Source: Octopus vulgaris (lineage: Eukaryota). From it: a DNA stretch of 64,000 bases. Location of the stretch: contig OX597840.1 of NCBI GenBank assembly GCA_951406725.2, positions 19,530,001-19,594,000 of the forward strand. The letters run 5' to 3'. The position numbers were made by a program, and so were the translations under genes. Positions within the stretch are counted from its first letter, which is position 1, and each line of letters opens with the position of its first letter. Of this stretch, positions 40,136 through 53,760 are shown piece after piece. Under the pieces are notes generated by a model that worked only from the letters and a program-made list of their open reading frames with translations, did no database searches and had not been told where the DNA came from.

Positions 40136-40696
40136 TGCTAGAAGCAATCTGATTGGCTGATGCAAAGACCAGCCAGCTAATCTCGAGGCTTGTATTATCG
40201 GACCAACAGATCGGCCTTAGTCGTGTTATTCGCCATTCGTCATTTCAACCGATCGATCGGTCCTAAGGAGACGAGTTTTACAACTTAGCAGATTCACTGT
40301 GTACGGTGGTGAACTGTGCCTCGCTCCACATGGGTACGGGTTTCTGGTTAAACAACTAGACAGGTTGTCTAGTGTACCGGAAGTAGTTAATAAAACTGAC
40401 ATATTTCACTCGACACTTCAAGCCCCACCCCCCGCTCCCTTCCATTCCTCTCTCACGCTGTTGTTGACAATATCGAGTAGGACTGACCCGGGGGCTACGT
40501 AATATTACGTTTGCATTGAGACGACGCACTGGGGTGAACATCCGGGTCCTTTTAAGTACACTTGCCCACTCGTCCTCCTCTCTCTCTCTCTCTCTGTTTC
40601 TCTCTCTCTGCTCACCACACTCTCTCTCTCTCCCTCTTTTCCTTTCAATCTCTTGTTTACAAAATTTTAGCAAGAACTTTAAGATGGCCATATATG

Positions 40697-40776
<80 letters not shown>

Positions 40777-40814
40777 TATACATATATACATATATGTATA
40801 TCTATCTATGTATA

Positions 40815-40881
<67 letters not shown>

Positions 40882-41024
40882 ATGTAAAAATATATATATG
40901 TATATATATATATGTATGCTTATATATATATATTTATATATGTATGTATGTATGTATATATGTATGTATGTATATGTATATATGTATATATATGAGTATA
41001 TACATATATATACGTGTGTGTTTG

Positions 41025-41151
<127 letters not shown>

Positions 41152-41224
41152 ATATCAGCATGGCCGCAGCTCTGAGCTGAAACTAGAGAGAAAAAAAATA
41201 TATATATGTATGTATATGTATGTT

Positions 41225-41255
<31 letters not shown>

Positions 41256-41277
41256 TGTGTTCTTGTGTAAGTGCGAA

Positions 41278-41323
<46 letters not shown>

Positions 41324-41544
41324 TGTGTGTGTATGTGTGTGTGTGTGTGTGTGTTCAGTATCCAAAAAAACACTACATCAAAAGATAAATAATGAAAGAA
41401 TAAATTGAGAATCGAAACCGAAATCTCTCTGTTTAATTCCGAAACCCGCCCCGTTGTTTATTTATTTATCTATCTATTTATTTATTTATTGTTATTTATC
41501 CCTTTACTTTACACAAGAAAATTATATGAAGACTCGTTCATGCT

Positions 41545-41735
41545 ACACGCCGGACAAAATGCTTTGCCACGTTCCGTCCGTCTTTACGTTCTGTGATCAA
41601 ATTAAGTGGCGGTCGACTTTGCCTTTCGTCTTTCGGGATCGATAAATAAAGTACCAGTGAAACATTGGGGTCGATGTAATCGACTCGTCCCCTCCCCTCA
41701 AAATTTCGGGCTTTCAGCCTTTAGCAGAAAGAATT
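41545..41735 (+). mobile_element. SINE family 2, diverged
   Basis: cgccggacaaaatgctt..gtcgactttgcctttc..gataaataaagtaccag..tggggtcgatgtaatcgact. Confidence 0.8.
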
Positions 41736-41819
41736 ATTATTATTATTGTTGTTGCTTGTTGGTATTATTCTAGCGATTCTCAAATGCAAAGAAAAATAAA
41801 TAAATAAAATGTGTGAATG

Positions 41820-41919
<100 letters not shown>

Positions 41920-42353
41920 CTGGCAAGGTAGTATTTCGAGACATTAAGAATTTATTTGACAGAAAGTTCAATTTTTTCATGCTTACACTAAAAATCTCAA
42001 ACATTTTGCTTGGAAGCCAAGGGGGAGACAACTATGGACATGTTTCTGTCGTATCAGATCTCTTCAGTTGAGCAACGTCTTCTCAATTTCTGCTTGAACA
42101 GAGATCGAAGGTTTTTACAAGGTAGAGAAACAAGTGTTAAGAACACTTTTGGTCGAGTGGTAGGCATAAACTACCACTCGGTTTAACACCAACTCCTGGT
42201 ACCTCGGCTGCCTTGAGTACCCATGGTACTTGTGACAGAATCCACGCTGTTGAAAGCATTTCGGTTATGGACGGGGCTTGAGGAAACCTTCTTCCCTCCT
42301 CCCCTTTCTCCTTCCCACCAGTCCCGTAGGTCCTGTTACGGGTCGTCTGAACG

Positions 42354-42398
<45 letters not shown>

Positions 42399-42535
42399 CG
42401 CACATTTACACGTACAAAACATCTCACATACACACATATAGATGTATGTGTATATGTATGTATGTATTTATCTTTCTTTTTTCTTCGCTTTTCCTATACA
42501 TAAAAACATACATGCAAACATCCATAGCTAGGTAA

Positions 42536-42571
<36 letters not shown>

Positions 42572-42679
42572 GTAGGTAGGTAGGTAGGTAGGTAGGTAGG
42601 TAGGTAAGTAGGTAGGTAGGTAGGTAGGTAGACAGATAAATAGATAGACAGACAGACAGTCAAACAGATAGATAGATAG

Positions 42680-43048
42680 ATCATCATCGTCATTGTTCGA
42701 CCGTGGTCGAGACAATGGAATTTACTATGCTACGCCAGACTTCACGGTCCATCATGGCATTACTGAGGTCCTGTTGCTGGATGCCTGTATCCCTGGAGAT
42801 TACATCAGGATAGGAGAGTGTGCGCCCTCTGGTATTGCGAGTAGATGGCTTCCAGAGGTGAAGAGTAGAAATTACCTCTTTTTCAGCTCTACAACAATGT
42901 CCAGCAAACTGGACTCTCCTACCTTTCACAAGAGATGACACAGGTGGTAGTTTCCCATATATTTGCATTTTGGTTGGATGGCGCTTCCACGAGAGATTTT
43001 GTGCTCTTATAAGGAGGCGAGTGTAGGTTCCATCCAACCGCCTCTCTC
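42680..43048 (-). mobile_element. RTE-clade LINE 3' fragment with (GAT)n tail
   Basis: LDGTYTRLLIRAQNLSWKRHPT..RRVQFAGHCCR..LWKP..RGR.LSYPDVISRDTG..AMMDREVWR, stop, then gat repeats. Confidence 0.88.
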
Positions 43049-43083
43049 TATATATATAGATCGATAGATAGATAGGTACAGAC

Positions 43084-43162
<79 letters not shown>

Positions 43163-43167
43163 CAGAC

Positions 43168-43246
<79 letters not shown>

Positions 43247-43378
43247 TATATAAAAAGATAGACTGAAAATGGAATGAAATTATTTAAAATCACTACTATT
43301 GTTTCCACACGTTTTTACACCTATAATACCAGATATTTATTTACTCGAGTCTTATATAACGGACACACACACACACAC

Positions 43379-43420
<42 letters not shown>

Positions 43421-44128
43421 ATACACACACACACACATACACACACACACATAGCTGTATACACACACTGGACGCAATTAGCAGGTGTATTTGAATCGTT
43501 GTCACCACAATCACTATCACCAACACCACCACTGCCAATACCACCGTGACCATCACTCACAACAGCCACGGTGCCACCATCCCTATCTTCGCTGCAATCG
43601 TCAAAACCACCACCAACACCATCACTACCACGACCACCACCACCGACAGAGACAACAGAGAACTGCTACCGCGCAATCCCCATCGCTACCAACAGCAACA
43701 CCACTACAACTACCACCCAAACAACCGCAGCCAACGTCACCAAAATTATCTCCACCACTACCAACACCACTACCGCTACTACAACAACCAACAGCAAGTA
43801 GTACCACTCCTTAACTACTACCACTACAGCCACAACCACCACCACCACCACCACCAAACTACAACAGCAACCACGACGACGACGAAGACTACATCACCAA
43901 CTGCACCGTCACATGCATGCCACTACTACTACCACCACTACCAATACTACTACTACTACTACCACCACCACCACTACCAATACTACTACTACTACTACTA
44001 CTACCACAACCACTACCACTACTACTACCACCACTACCAATACTACTACTACTACTACCACCACCACCACTACCAATACTACTACTACTACTACTACAAA
44101 TACTACTACTACCACCACCACCACCACC

Positions 44129-44192
<64 letters not shown>

Positions 44193-45517
44193 TCCCTGCA
44201 ACAGCATCGCCACCACTAGACACAAGAAACCCGCCACGACCACCTCCACCGACACCATTACATGTGTCACCACCAACACCACCGCCGCCGCCGCCACCAC
44301 CACCACCGCTGCCACCACCACCACCACCACTACTACCACGACGGCGACGACGACCACTACTACAACCACCACAACCACAACCACTATAGGTATACCATTA
44401 GCAGTACCAATGCCATTGCTATCACCATCACCACCACCATCAGCAGCACCACCACCACCACCGCCACCACCACTACCACCACCACCACACCACCACCACC
44501 ACCACCACCATCAGCACTACAGCTGCCACCACCACTACCACCATCACTACCACCACCACCACCACCACCACCACATCTACCACCATCACCACCACCACTA
44601 CCACCATCACTACTGTTACCACCACCACAAGCACCACTATACTAGCGCCACCACTACCGCTACCACCATTACCACCTCTGCAACAACAACCACCATCCCA
44701 ACCACTGTATGTATACCATTAGCAGTACCACAGCCATTGCTATCACCACCACTACCATCATCACTACTGATACCACCATACTAGCGCCACCACTACTTCT
44801 ACAACCATCACCACCACCACCACAACTCCTACGAGTAAGAACCACACCTCCACCATCTCCACCGTTCCCTCGACGACGACGAACACCACCACCACCACCA
44901 CCACCGCCGCCGCCGCCGCCTCCCATCCATTATCACTTTCACCATTCCAACAGAAATCCTGTCTGAGAAAAGAATTCTCACGACTCTCAATTTTCCCCCC
45001 GAAAAAATGTCCGACTTCAGCAAAGCAGCCGAGAAAAACATGCGACCTCAACATTCCTCCCCCACCCTCCAGCCATCCCACCCCACCCCACTTTGTCGCA
45101 CCCCTTTTAACTAGTTTTACCCCCACCGACACGCCCCGCTCCTCCTCTCCACTTCTGTTCTGCTCCCCCCCCCCCCCGCCCATTTTTCTCAGTGCTGCCT
45201 CTATACCGTTGAAGAGAAATAATTTCGAACCGCTACCCAACCTACCCACCCACCCGGTTCACGCTCACCTACCCCCAAACTCCCAGGGCCACCCTTCAGT
45301 GCGCACCCTGCGCAGATTTCGAGTTGGTAGGTATTGATACCGTCATTATTCATTTATATATTTATTTAGTTATTTTGGCGGGATTACTAGCATGGTGGTG
45401 GTGGTGGTGGTGGTGGTGGTGGTATTGGTGGTGTCTGTGAGCGAAGAGGAGGGGGACGTGGGGGTTGATGAGGACGGAATTTTGTACCGAAAAATGCAAA
45501 CGACAAGCATTAATAAT

Positions 45518-45620
<103 letters not shown>

Positions 45621-45621
45621 T

Positions 45622-45656
<35 letters not shown>

Positions 45657-45715
45657 TAGAAGAAGAAGAAGAAGAAGAAGAAGAAGAAGAAGAAGAAGAG
45701 ACACATATACACATG

Positions 45716-45913
45716 GTCATCATCATCATTGTTCGACCGTGGTCGAGACAATGGAATTTACCATGCTACGCCAGACTTCACGGTCCATCATGGCATTAGG
45801 GAGGTCCTGTTGCTGGATGCCTGTATCCCTGGAGATTACATCAGAGTAGGAGAGTGTGCGCCCTCTGGCATTGCAAGTAGATGGCTTCCAGAGGAGTAGA
45901 GTAGAAATTGCCT
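45716..45913 (-). mobile_element. RTE-clade LINE, shorter 3' fragment of the same family
   Basis: Near-identical to 42680-42880. Confidence 0.88.
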
Positions 45914-45927
45914 CACACATACACACG

Positions 45928-45973
<46 letters not shown>

Positions 45974-47004
45974 ATAAAAAGCGATGACTGGCGGAACTGG
46001 TGTCACAGGTTATATATATTATGTGTGTGTGTGTGTATGTGTAAGTGTTTGTGTATACATATCTCTCTCACACACACATACACAAACGCACACACATACT
46101 GGTCAGGGCTTCCGTCAGCACATCTTACGTGGACAACTGAAAAGTCTACTCCTTCCTCACGGAGCAGAGGAGTGTTATGTTTGTTGTGTTTGTCTTTGCT
46201 CGTACTTGGATAAATCACTCAGGCAAGAAAGCACTTGCTTCTGCGACAAACCACTGCCATGCAGTTTTTTTCTCTCCCTCTCGAAGTTTAGTCATATTTC
46301 CCAGTATTCGTTGACAATGTTATCGGAAGAGTTGTCATAGATGGTTTTGTATGTGTCATGTAAGTTAATGTTTCTCTCCTTTTAAATTACATCATTTTTT
46401 TTTTTCTCATTTGATAGAGTTTGGTTGATTTTTTCCCCTCTTGTAACCTGCACTGCTAAGTTCAAAGTTAGTTTTCGGATGGGTGTTTGTCATTTGTCTC
46501 CTACAAGAAGCCACATTGGAATTTAAAAATTATGATATACCTAAAAACAGATTTAAAAATTTTTTGTCCACCCCAAGTATTGGAGCAAACGTCCATAAGT
46601 TGGATAGGTTCCATGCTCGAATATCGAATCGCTATAATAATTACACATGTTCAACAACAACAACAACAACAACAACAACATCAACAACATTGTGGTCTGA
46701 TTTAAGCACAGGGCCAAGAAAATTTGAGAGAAGGATGTTAATCGACTGGCGTTTTATTTTATAGTTCCCTAGTGGATGAACGGTAAAGTTGAACTCGCTG
46801 GGATTCGAACTCAGAATGTAAAGGTCGGAACAGATACTTGAAAGCAATTTTCCGATGCTCTACCGATTCTGCCACAAACACAAAAACAGGTGGAGTTTAT
46901 ATCAAAGGGAGATACTGTCACATTAAAAGATATAACAAAGGATAGAGAGAGAGAGAAATGAGAGAAATAAATTATTGGTTAATAAATAATTAGAATCCCC
47001 AATA

Positions 47005-47270
47005 GCGGAACAGCCTACTTGGGATAATTCAAGGTCAACCCTACACCAAAATTCCTGGATTACTCTGCCAACCACAAGGCATAGCAAAGTGCCCTCATCA
47101 AGTCCCTTTCTTCCTGCTTAGAAAAGCACGCTCAGAGCCGACCCTTTCAGTTTCACCAGTCTTGCTATTCTTGTCCTCCTTTTGATAAACAGACAAGAAG
47201 GCAGCACTGCCCCCTCTAACCTCACCTTCAAATGATATTTGAAGAAATTGATGAGGGCTTTTAAGGTACG
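47005..47270 (-). mobile_element. Diverged Tx1/L1-like LINE 3' fragment
   Basis: KALINFFKYHLKVRLEGAVLPSCLFIKRRTRIARLVKLKGSAL parallels the C-terminus at 57200-57340. Confidence 0.5.
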
Positions 47271-47329
47271 CATTTCGAGGGAAGGTGTTATCAATCCGTA
47301 AGAGACCGAGGCCTATATTATCGATCAGC

Positions 47330-48274
47330 GAGGCGGCGAGCTGGCAGAAACGTTAGCACGCCAGGCGAAATGCGTACTGAGTTCAAATTCCGCCGAGGTC
47401 GACTTTGTCTTTCATCCTTTCGGGGTCGATAAATTAAGTACCAGTTACGCACTGGGGTCGATGTGATCGACTGTATCCGTTTGTCTGTTCTTGTTTGTCC
47501 CTTCTGTGTTTAGCCCCTTGTGGGTAGTAAAGAAATAGGTATTTCGTCTGCCGCTACGTTCTGAGTTCAAATTCCGCCGAGGTCGACTTTGTCTTTCATC
47601 CTTTCGGGGTCGATAAATTAAGTACCAGTTATGCACTGGGGTCGATGTGATCGACTTAATCCGTTTGTCTGTTCTTGTTTGTCCCCTCTGTGTTTGGCCC
47701 CTTGTGGTTAGTATAGAAATAGGTATTTCGTCTGTTGTTGCGTTCTGAGTTCAAATTCCGCCGAGGTCGACATTGCCTTTCATCCCTTCGGGGTCGATAA
47801 ATTAAGTACCAGTTACGCACTGGGGTCGATGTAATTGACTTAATCCGTTTGTCTGTCCTTGTTTGTCCTCTTTGTGTTTAGCCCCTTGTGGGTAGTAAAG
47901 AAATAGGTATTTCGTCTGCCGCTACGTTCTGAGTTCAAATTCCGCCGAGGTCGACTTTGCCTTTCATCCCTTTCGGGGTCGATAAATTAAGTACCAGTTA
48001 CGCACTGGGGTCGATGAGATCGACTTAATCCGTTTGCCTGTACTTGTTTGTCCCCTCTGTGTTTAGCCCCTTGTGGGTAGTAAAGAAATAGGTATTTCGT
48101 CTGCCGCTACGTTCTGAGTTCATATTCCGCCGAGGTCCACTTTGCCTTTCATCCTTTCGGGGTCGATAAATTAAGTACCAGTAACGCACTGGGGTCGATG
48201 TGATCGACTGTATCCGTTTGTCTGTTCTTGTTTGTCCCCTCTGTGTTTGGCCCCTTGTGGGCAATAAAGAAATA
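47330..48274 (+). mobile_element. SINE family 2 pentameric concatemer (one head + five units of about 184 bp) with 16-bp TSD
   Basis: Junction aaagaaata|ggtatttcg at about 47538, 47722, 47906, 48091; tatattatcgatcagc at 47314-47329 and 48275-48290. Confidence 0.92.
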
Positions 48275-48872
48275 TATATTATCGATCAGCAACGGTTTAA
48301 GAAAAAACAAAAACAAAAAAAACAAAAAAAAAAAACAAGGGTCGACTTGAACGGAAATCGAACACTGGACGTCAAAAAAGAAAAGAAAACAGCTGAAGAA
48401 AACAGCAAAGGATTTTGTCATGTATTTTACTGAACGTTTAGAACATTCGAGAAGCGAATGCTGTAAATTGATTCGGGGATGAATGTATAGGAGAACGCTT
48501 GGTTGTTTTGCCCGAGTCGTCCTCTGGGGATTATGGGGAGAGGGTGGGGAGAGAGGAGGGGGGAGAGAAAGAAAGAGAGAACGTAAATTAGAAAAACATT
48601 GAAACTGCTTTGACTACTCAACTTCTCGATATAATTGCGAGTAAGGTCGTTGAAATCAGTTGAGATTTCGTCGTCCAAATTGCGAAAATATAAACAGGGA
48701 AGAAAGAGAATTGATGGCGTCTGTTGCAGTCAGCAGAATTATTATGAAAATAAAACCCGAGTGAATTAATTGATATTGCAATAGTTGGAGACGTTTGAGT
48801 TCGGTTCTGATCAAAGAATATATACATACAGACATAGAATACATGCATACATACACACACACACACACACAG

Positions 48873-48906
<34 letters not shown>

Positions 48907-48909
48907 GTA

Positions 48910-48941
<32 letters not shown>

Positions 48942-49069
48942 CACATACATACATATATACAAACATACATACATATATACATACATACATACATACTTAC
49001 ATACATACATACACACACACACACATATATATATACATATATACATACATACATACATACATATATATA

Positions 49070-49109
<40 letters not shown>

Positions 49110-50001
49110 CACATACATACATACATATATAAAATACAAAATGGGACAACAAAACATCCAGATAGACGATACAAAGAAAACAAGGGCGGGTCATTCGAAG
49201 TTTTCTTTCCTCAGTCAAGCACCAGATTATCCACGCAATTTCGGCTGATTATTCTTGATATATATATATATATACACGTAAAAATGGATTAAATGCTGCT
49301 GAGCATTTTGTCCGACGTGTTAATGATTCTGCCAGCTCGCTGCCTCAATAATAATAATAAAACAACAACAAAAAGAATAATTGTCTAGGTATAAAAGATG
49401 GGTTTTACAGCAAATATTCTGCTCAATACCACAGATTTGCTTGTCAGTTGTTTGACCATAACCAGTTGAGCATGTCCCTTAGTGACTGACGATATGTGCA
49501 TCTCTGATCACGAGCAGAAGTAGTGGGGGAGCATCATAGCCATGTGTTGAGAGGAATTCTTTGGGGTTTGAATCATGGCTGTTTCGATCATCATCCTTAA
49601 ACAAGCCTTATTCAGGCACCCTTTGAGTGGGATGGGCTACTCGACTTGAAGGAAATTTCTAACTGGGCCCCACCTGCAAGGTCATGCACTGTCTATCTCG
49701 TTATGAAGCCACCATGTCGCGCAGCACATATGGCTGTGATGCATGAGCCTGGTGCACCCTTGTCAAGCGTTTTCTCTGCTGCCGCTGCTACTGCTGTTGT
49801 TGTTTTTGATGATGATAATAATGATGATGATGATGATGATGATGACGACGACGACGATGACGATGACGATGATAATGATGACAGCGATGGTGATGGGGAT
49901 GATGATGATGATGATGATGATGATGACGGTGGTGACGGTGGATATGGCGGTGATAATGATGATGATCGTAGTAGTGACATTGGTGGTGGTGGTGGTGGTG
50001 G

Positions 50002-50049
<48 letters not shown>

Positions 50050-50189
50050 CGACGACGACGACGGTGATGGTGGTGGTGGTGGTGGCGCCGGTGATGATGA
50101 TGATGACGATGATGATGGCGATGATGGCGATGCTGCTGATGACAACGACGACGACTCATAAAGACGATGATCACGATCAGGATCATGCA

Positions 50190-50230
<41 letters not shown>

Positions 50231-50597
50231 CGACGACCACGATGATGGTGATGGTGATGATGATGGCTACGACGACGACGACGACGACGACGCCGGCGCC
50301 TCAACCACACTTTACAATGTTTTACTATTTACTTGGTGTCTACCACGGTTTTGCTTCTCTTATTTTTCCATCCTTTATTTTATTTATTTATTCATCCATT
50401 TATTTATTTATTTACTATATTAATTCCTTATTTACTTATTTATTTGCTGCTGACTCTATTTCCCCCCTCTTTACCCCCTCTTTCCCCCCTCTTCCCCCCC
50501 TCTTTCCCCTTTTTTTTTTACTCTTGAATTTAGTTTTGTTTTTGTTTTGTTTTGTTTTTGAATCGGGGTTTAAAATTGACTCCGCTTTTTTTATGAG

Positions 50598-50842
50598 GTT
50601 GGCATTTTCTGGTTCGTAATTGGAGTTGAGCAGGTTTTCGTCTTTCTTCTCCCGTTTTTTGATCTGTTTATAATTATTTGTGCCGAATGGTATCTGCTGC
50701 TCTCTGCTGCCATTTTTCTCTCTCTCTGCGTCACTGCAGCAGCGTTCGTCTTGTGTGTTTTGCTGCAGTCGCCGCCATGTTTGCGGTGTGTTGTCCTCGG
50801 CGGTTGCGTTGGAGAGAGAGAGAGAGAGAGAGACGATCGGTT
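50598..50842. repeat. Duplicated CpG-rich segment (second copy 53955-54141)
   Basis: ttggcattttctggttcgtaattggagttgagcaggttttc..ctgcagtcgcc..atgtttgcggt..gcgttggagag..acgatc shared by both copies. Confidence 0.85.
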
Positions 50843-51042
50843 GTAAATTAGGGACAACCCTCAGCCACCCCGACACCCGCAATCACAGATAATCGGTATC
50901 TGTTGAGCTGAGAAATAGTTGTGGTTGTTGTTGTTGTTCTTGTTGTTGTTGTCGTCGTTGTTGCTGATAATGATGATGATGCTAATGGTGATGATGATGA
51001 TGAGGAGGAGGAGGAGGAGAACGATGACGGTGGTGGCGATGA

Positions 51043-51076
<34 letters not shown>

Positions 51077-51087
51077 GGTGGTGTTAC

Positions 51088-51142
<55 letters not shown>

Positions 51143-51153
51143 GGTGGTGTTAC

Positions 51154-51185
<32 letters not shown>

Positions 51186-51682
51186 GTGATGGTGATGATG
51201 ATGATGGTGATGGTGATGGTGATGGTGATGATGATGATGATGAAGATGGTGATGATGATGATGATGATGATGATGAAGATGGTGATGGTGGTGGTGGTGG
51301 TGGTGGTGATGGGAATACTGGCGATGCTGCTGTTGCTAATGACGATGATGATGACGGCGATGTTGTTGTTGTAGCAATTAAAGATAATGATGACAGCGAC
51401 GACGACGATGATGAAGATGATGATGATGATGATGACGATGATTCTTATATCTCTCTTTCGGGTTATACATTTTGTTTTGCAGATCCGAGCTCCCGAATGC
51501 AGTTCTTTCACGTCCATAACTGTGGATTCGACTAATCCACTTGAAACTGGTCAAACAGATTTGGATTATCTCAGCAGGTTTTTGCGATGCTCCAACACCA
51601 ACCTCTTCTAACGACTGACCACAAACGATCGCCATTTCAGTTCCTCCACTCGAACTAAAATGTGGAAAGTTCTCAATAATGG

Positions 51683-51832
51683 TTTGCGGTAAGAAGCTAG
51701 CTTCCCAACCACATGGTTCTAGGTTCAGTCCCACTGTGTGGCATCTTGGGCAAATGTCTTCTAATATAGCCTTGGGCCGACCAAAGTCTTGCGTGTGGAT
51801 ATGGTAAACGGAAACTGAAAGAATCCCATAGT
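51683..51832 (+). mobile_element. SINE family 1 head
   Basis: ggtaagaagctagcttcccaaccacatggttctaggttcagtccc..ggaaactgaaagaa. Confidence 0.85.
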
Positions 51833-51844
51833 ATATATATATAC

Positions 51845-51897
<53 letters not shown>

Positions 51898-51903
<6 letters not shown>

Positions 51904-51980
51904 AAATTATTTTACCATTTTCTACCTTGACTCTTTTTTCCATATATATATATCAACTCGTGTGTTCCTTTTACACATTC

Positions 51981-52055
<75 letters not shown>

Positions 52056-52138
52056 GAATGTGTAAAAGGAACACACGAGTTGATATATATATATGGAAAA
52101 AAGAGTCAAGGTAGAAAATGGTAAAATAATTTTATAAA
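51898..52138. repeat. Apparently perfect inverted repeat (about 88-bp arms) around a (TA)n centre
   Basis: tttataaaattattttacc..acacattctacata / tatgtagaatgtgt..ggtaaaataattttataaa. Confidence 0.95.
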
Positions 52139-52142
52139 AACA

Positions 52143-52184
52143 TTTCAGTGCCAGTTTCAGACATTGAGACTTTTTCAACTGTAA
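52143..52184 (-). ncRNA. Putative decayed minimal hammerhead, U3-A8 core variant
   Basis: Minus strand: UUACAG UUGAAAA AGUC ucaau GUCU GAA ACUGGC A CUGAAA. Confidence 0.45.
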
Positions 52185-53136
52185 GTGTGGAAAACAATTA
52201 AATCTTGGAAAAATTAAACAAAAAGTATTTCAAAAGAATTTTTGCATTGTGTTCAAATACAAGGGGCATTTTCCTTGTTTCTGCCCGTCTCTGTCTCTCT
52301 TGTTTACTCTTGTGGGTACATACATACATACATACATACATACACACACAGACATATATATGCATACATATATACATACACACACATATATATGTATATA
52401 TATATACATACATACACACACACATATATATATATATATACACAAATATACACATACATAGATATATATATATATATATATATACAAATATACACATACA
52501 TATATATATATATATATATATGTATACATACACACACACATATATATATACATACATATATATATATACATATATAATATGTATGTATGTATATCCGCGC
52601 GCACATGCACATACGAGAAGAAGAAGAAGAAGAAGAAGAAGAAGAAGAAGAAGAAGAAGAAGAAGAAGAAGAAGAAGAAGAAGAAGAAGAAGAAGAAGAA
52701 GACTGGAAGTTATAAAAATATATGAAAGAGGTGACATCAGGCCAAGACAAAACAAAAAACAACAAAAAAGGACAAAGCAAAGCGTCAGTCAGGAATGAAG
52801 GCAACAGTGTGAACGATTATGAGAGCGAAAAAAAATGAAGAAAATGGTAAAGCAGAACCAACTTCCGGTTGACAACGAAAACGATATGGAAACGGTGTTT
52901 ATGAGATATTCGTCTTTTGTCTAAAAGAAAAAATAGGAAAAGCCACGAAGCATCAAGGAATTTAAAATTTAAATCTTTGAGTGTCTTCTCTGCGATTAAA
53001 GAAAGGAATTTCTCAAAAGGAAATGAGATTTCAGTAGGAACTGATGAGAATTGTTCCTGCTTGTCGGTTCTCTGCGAGTTTTGATTGGTTTGGCAGATTC
53101 AAAAGTCCGGACAGGAATTTCAAATACGATATATAA

Positions 53137-53465
53137 GGGCGATGAGCTGGCAGAATCGTTAGCCCGCCGGGTGCAATGCTTAGCGGTATTTCGCCTGCCG
53201 CTACGTTCTGAGTTCAAATTCCGCCGAGATCGACTTTGCCTTTCATCCTTTCGGGGTCGATAAATTAAGTACCACTTACGTACTGGGGTCGATATAATCG
53301 ACTTAATCCGTTTGTCTGTCCTTGTTTGTCCTCTCTGTGTTTAGCCCCTTGTGGGTAGTAAAGAAATAGGTATTTCGCCTGTCTTTACGTTGTGAGTTCA
53401 AATTCCACCGAGGTCGACTTTGCCTTTCATCCTTTCGGGGTCGATAAATTAAGTACCAGCTGCGC
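53137..53465 (+). mobile_element. SINE family 2, head + about 1.5 units
   Basis: Same aaagaaata|ggtatttcg junction at about 53369. Confidence 0.9.
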
Positions 53466-53499
53466 ATATATATATATATATGGAAAAATATAATTTACA

Positions 53500-53760
53500 A
53501 AACAAAAACTAAGCCTTTATCTCCTAAGCAACTACGTTTTGTCTTAAAAGATCACAAACCCAACTTCTTTAATAACCGTCTCATATGCCCTTTTAGATCT
53601 GACATAGGCATACTTAGCAAAAACATTCCCCCATTAACGAAAATACTTAAGTTTAATCTATGGTCTAACTCTTTCCAAGTTGTAGACTGGTTCAATTCTA
53701 TCGATAATAAATTAAGCACAAAATTCATACAGTTCAATATCTGCAGCTTTTATTCCTCAG
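53500..53760 (+). pseudogene. Penelope-like element reverse transcriptase fragment
   Basis: RFVLKDHKPNFFNNRLICPFRSDIGILSK..FNLWSNSFQVVDWFNSIDNKLSTKFIQFNICSFYSS matches the PLE RT pattern LKDHK.NF..RLI.P.KS.IG..SK..W.N...V..WF..FIQFDI..FYPS. Confidence 0.8.

Noticed and set aside
46100-46520. Possible L2/CR1-like 3' remnant
   Set aside because: Too degenerate to recover diagnostic motifs by eye.
47330-48274. Regular repeat array considered as CRISPR-like or as a hammerhead retrozyme array
   Set aside because: No unique spacers, eukaryotic SINE sequence, and no CUGANGA..GAAA fold found in the unit on either strand.
51470-51611. Good splice acceptor (tttgttttgcag) followed by short open frames
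   Set aside because: All frames stop within 45 codons, no recognisable protein, no clear donor.
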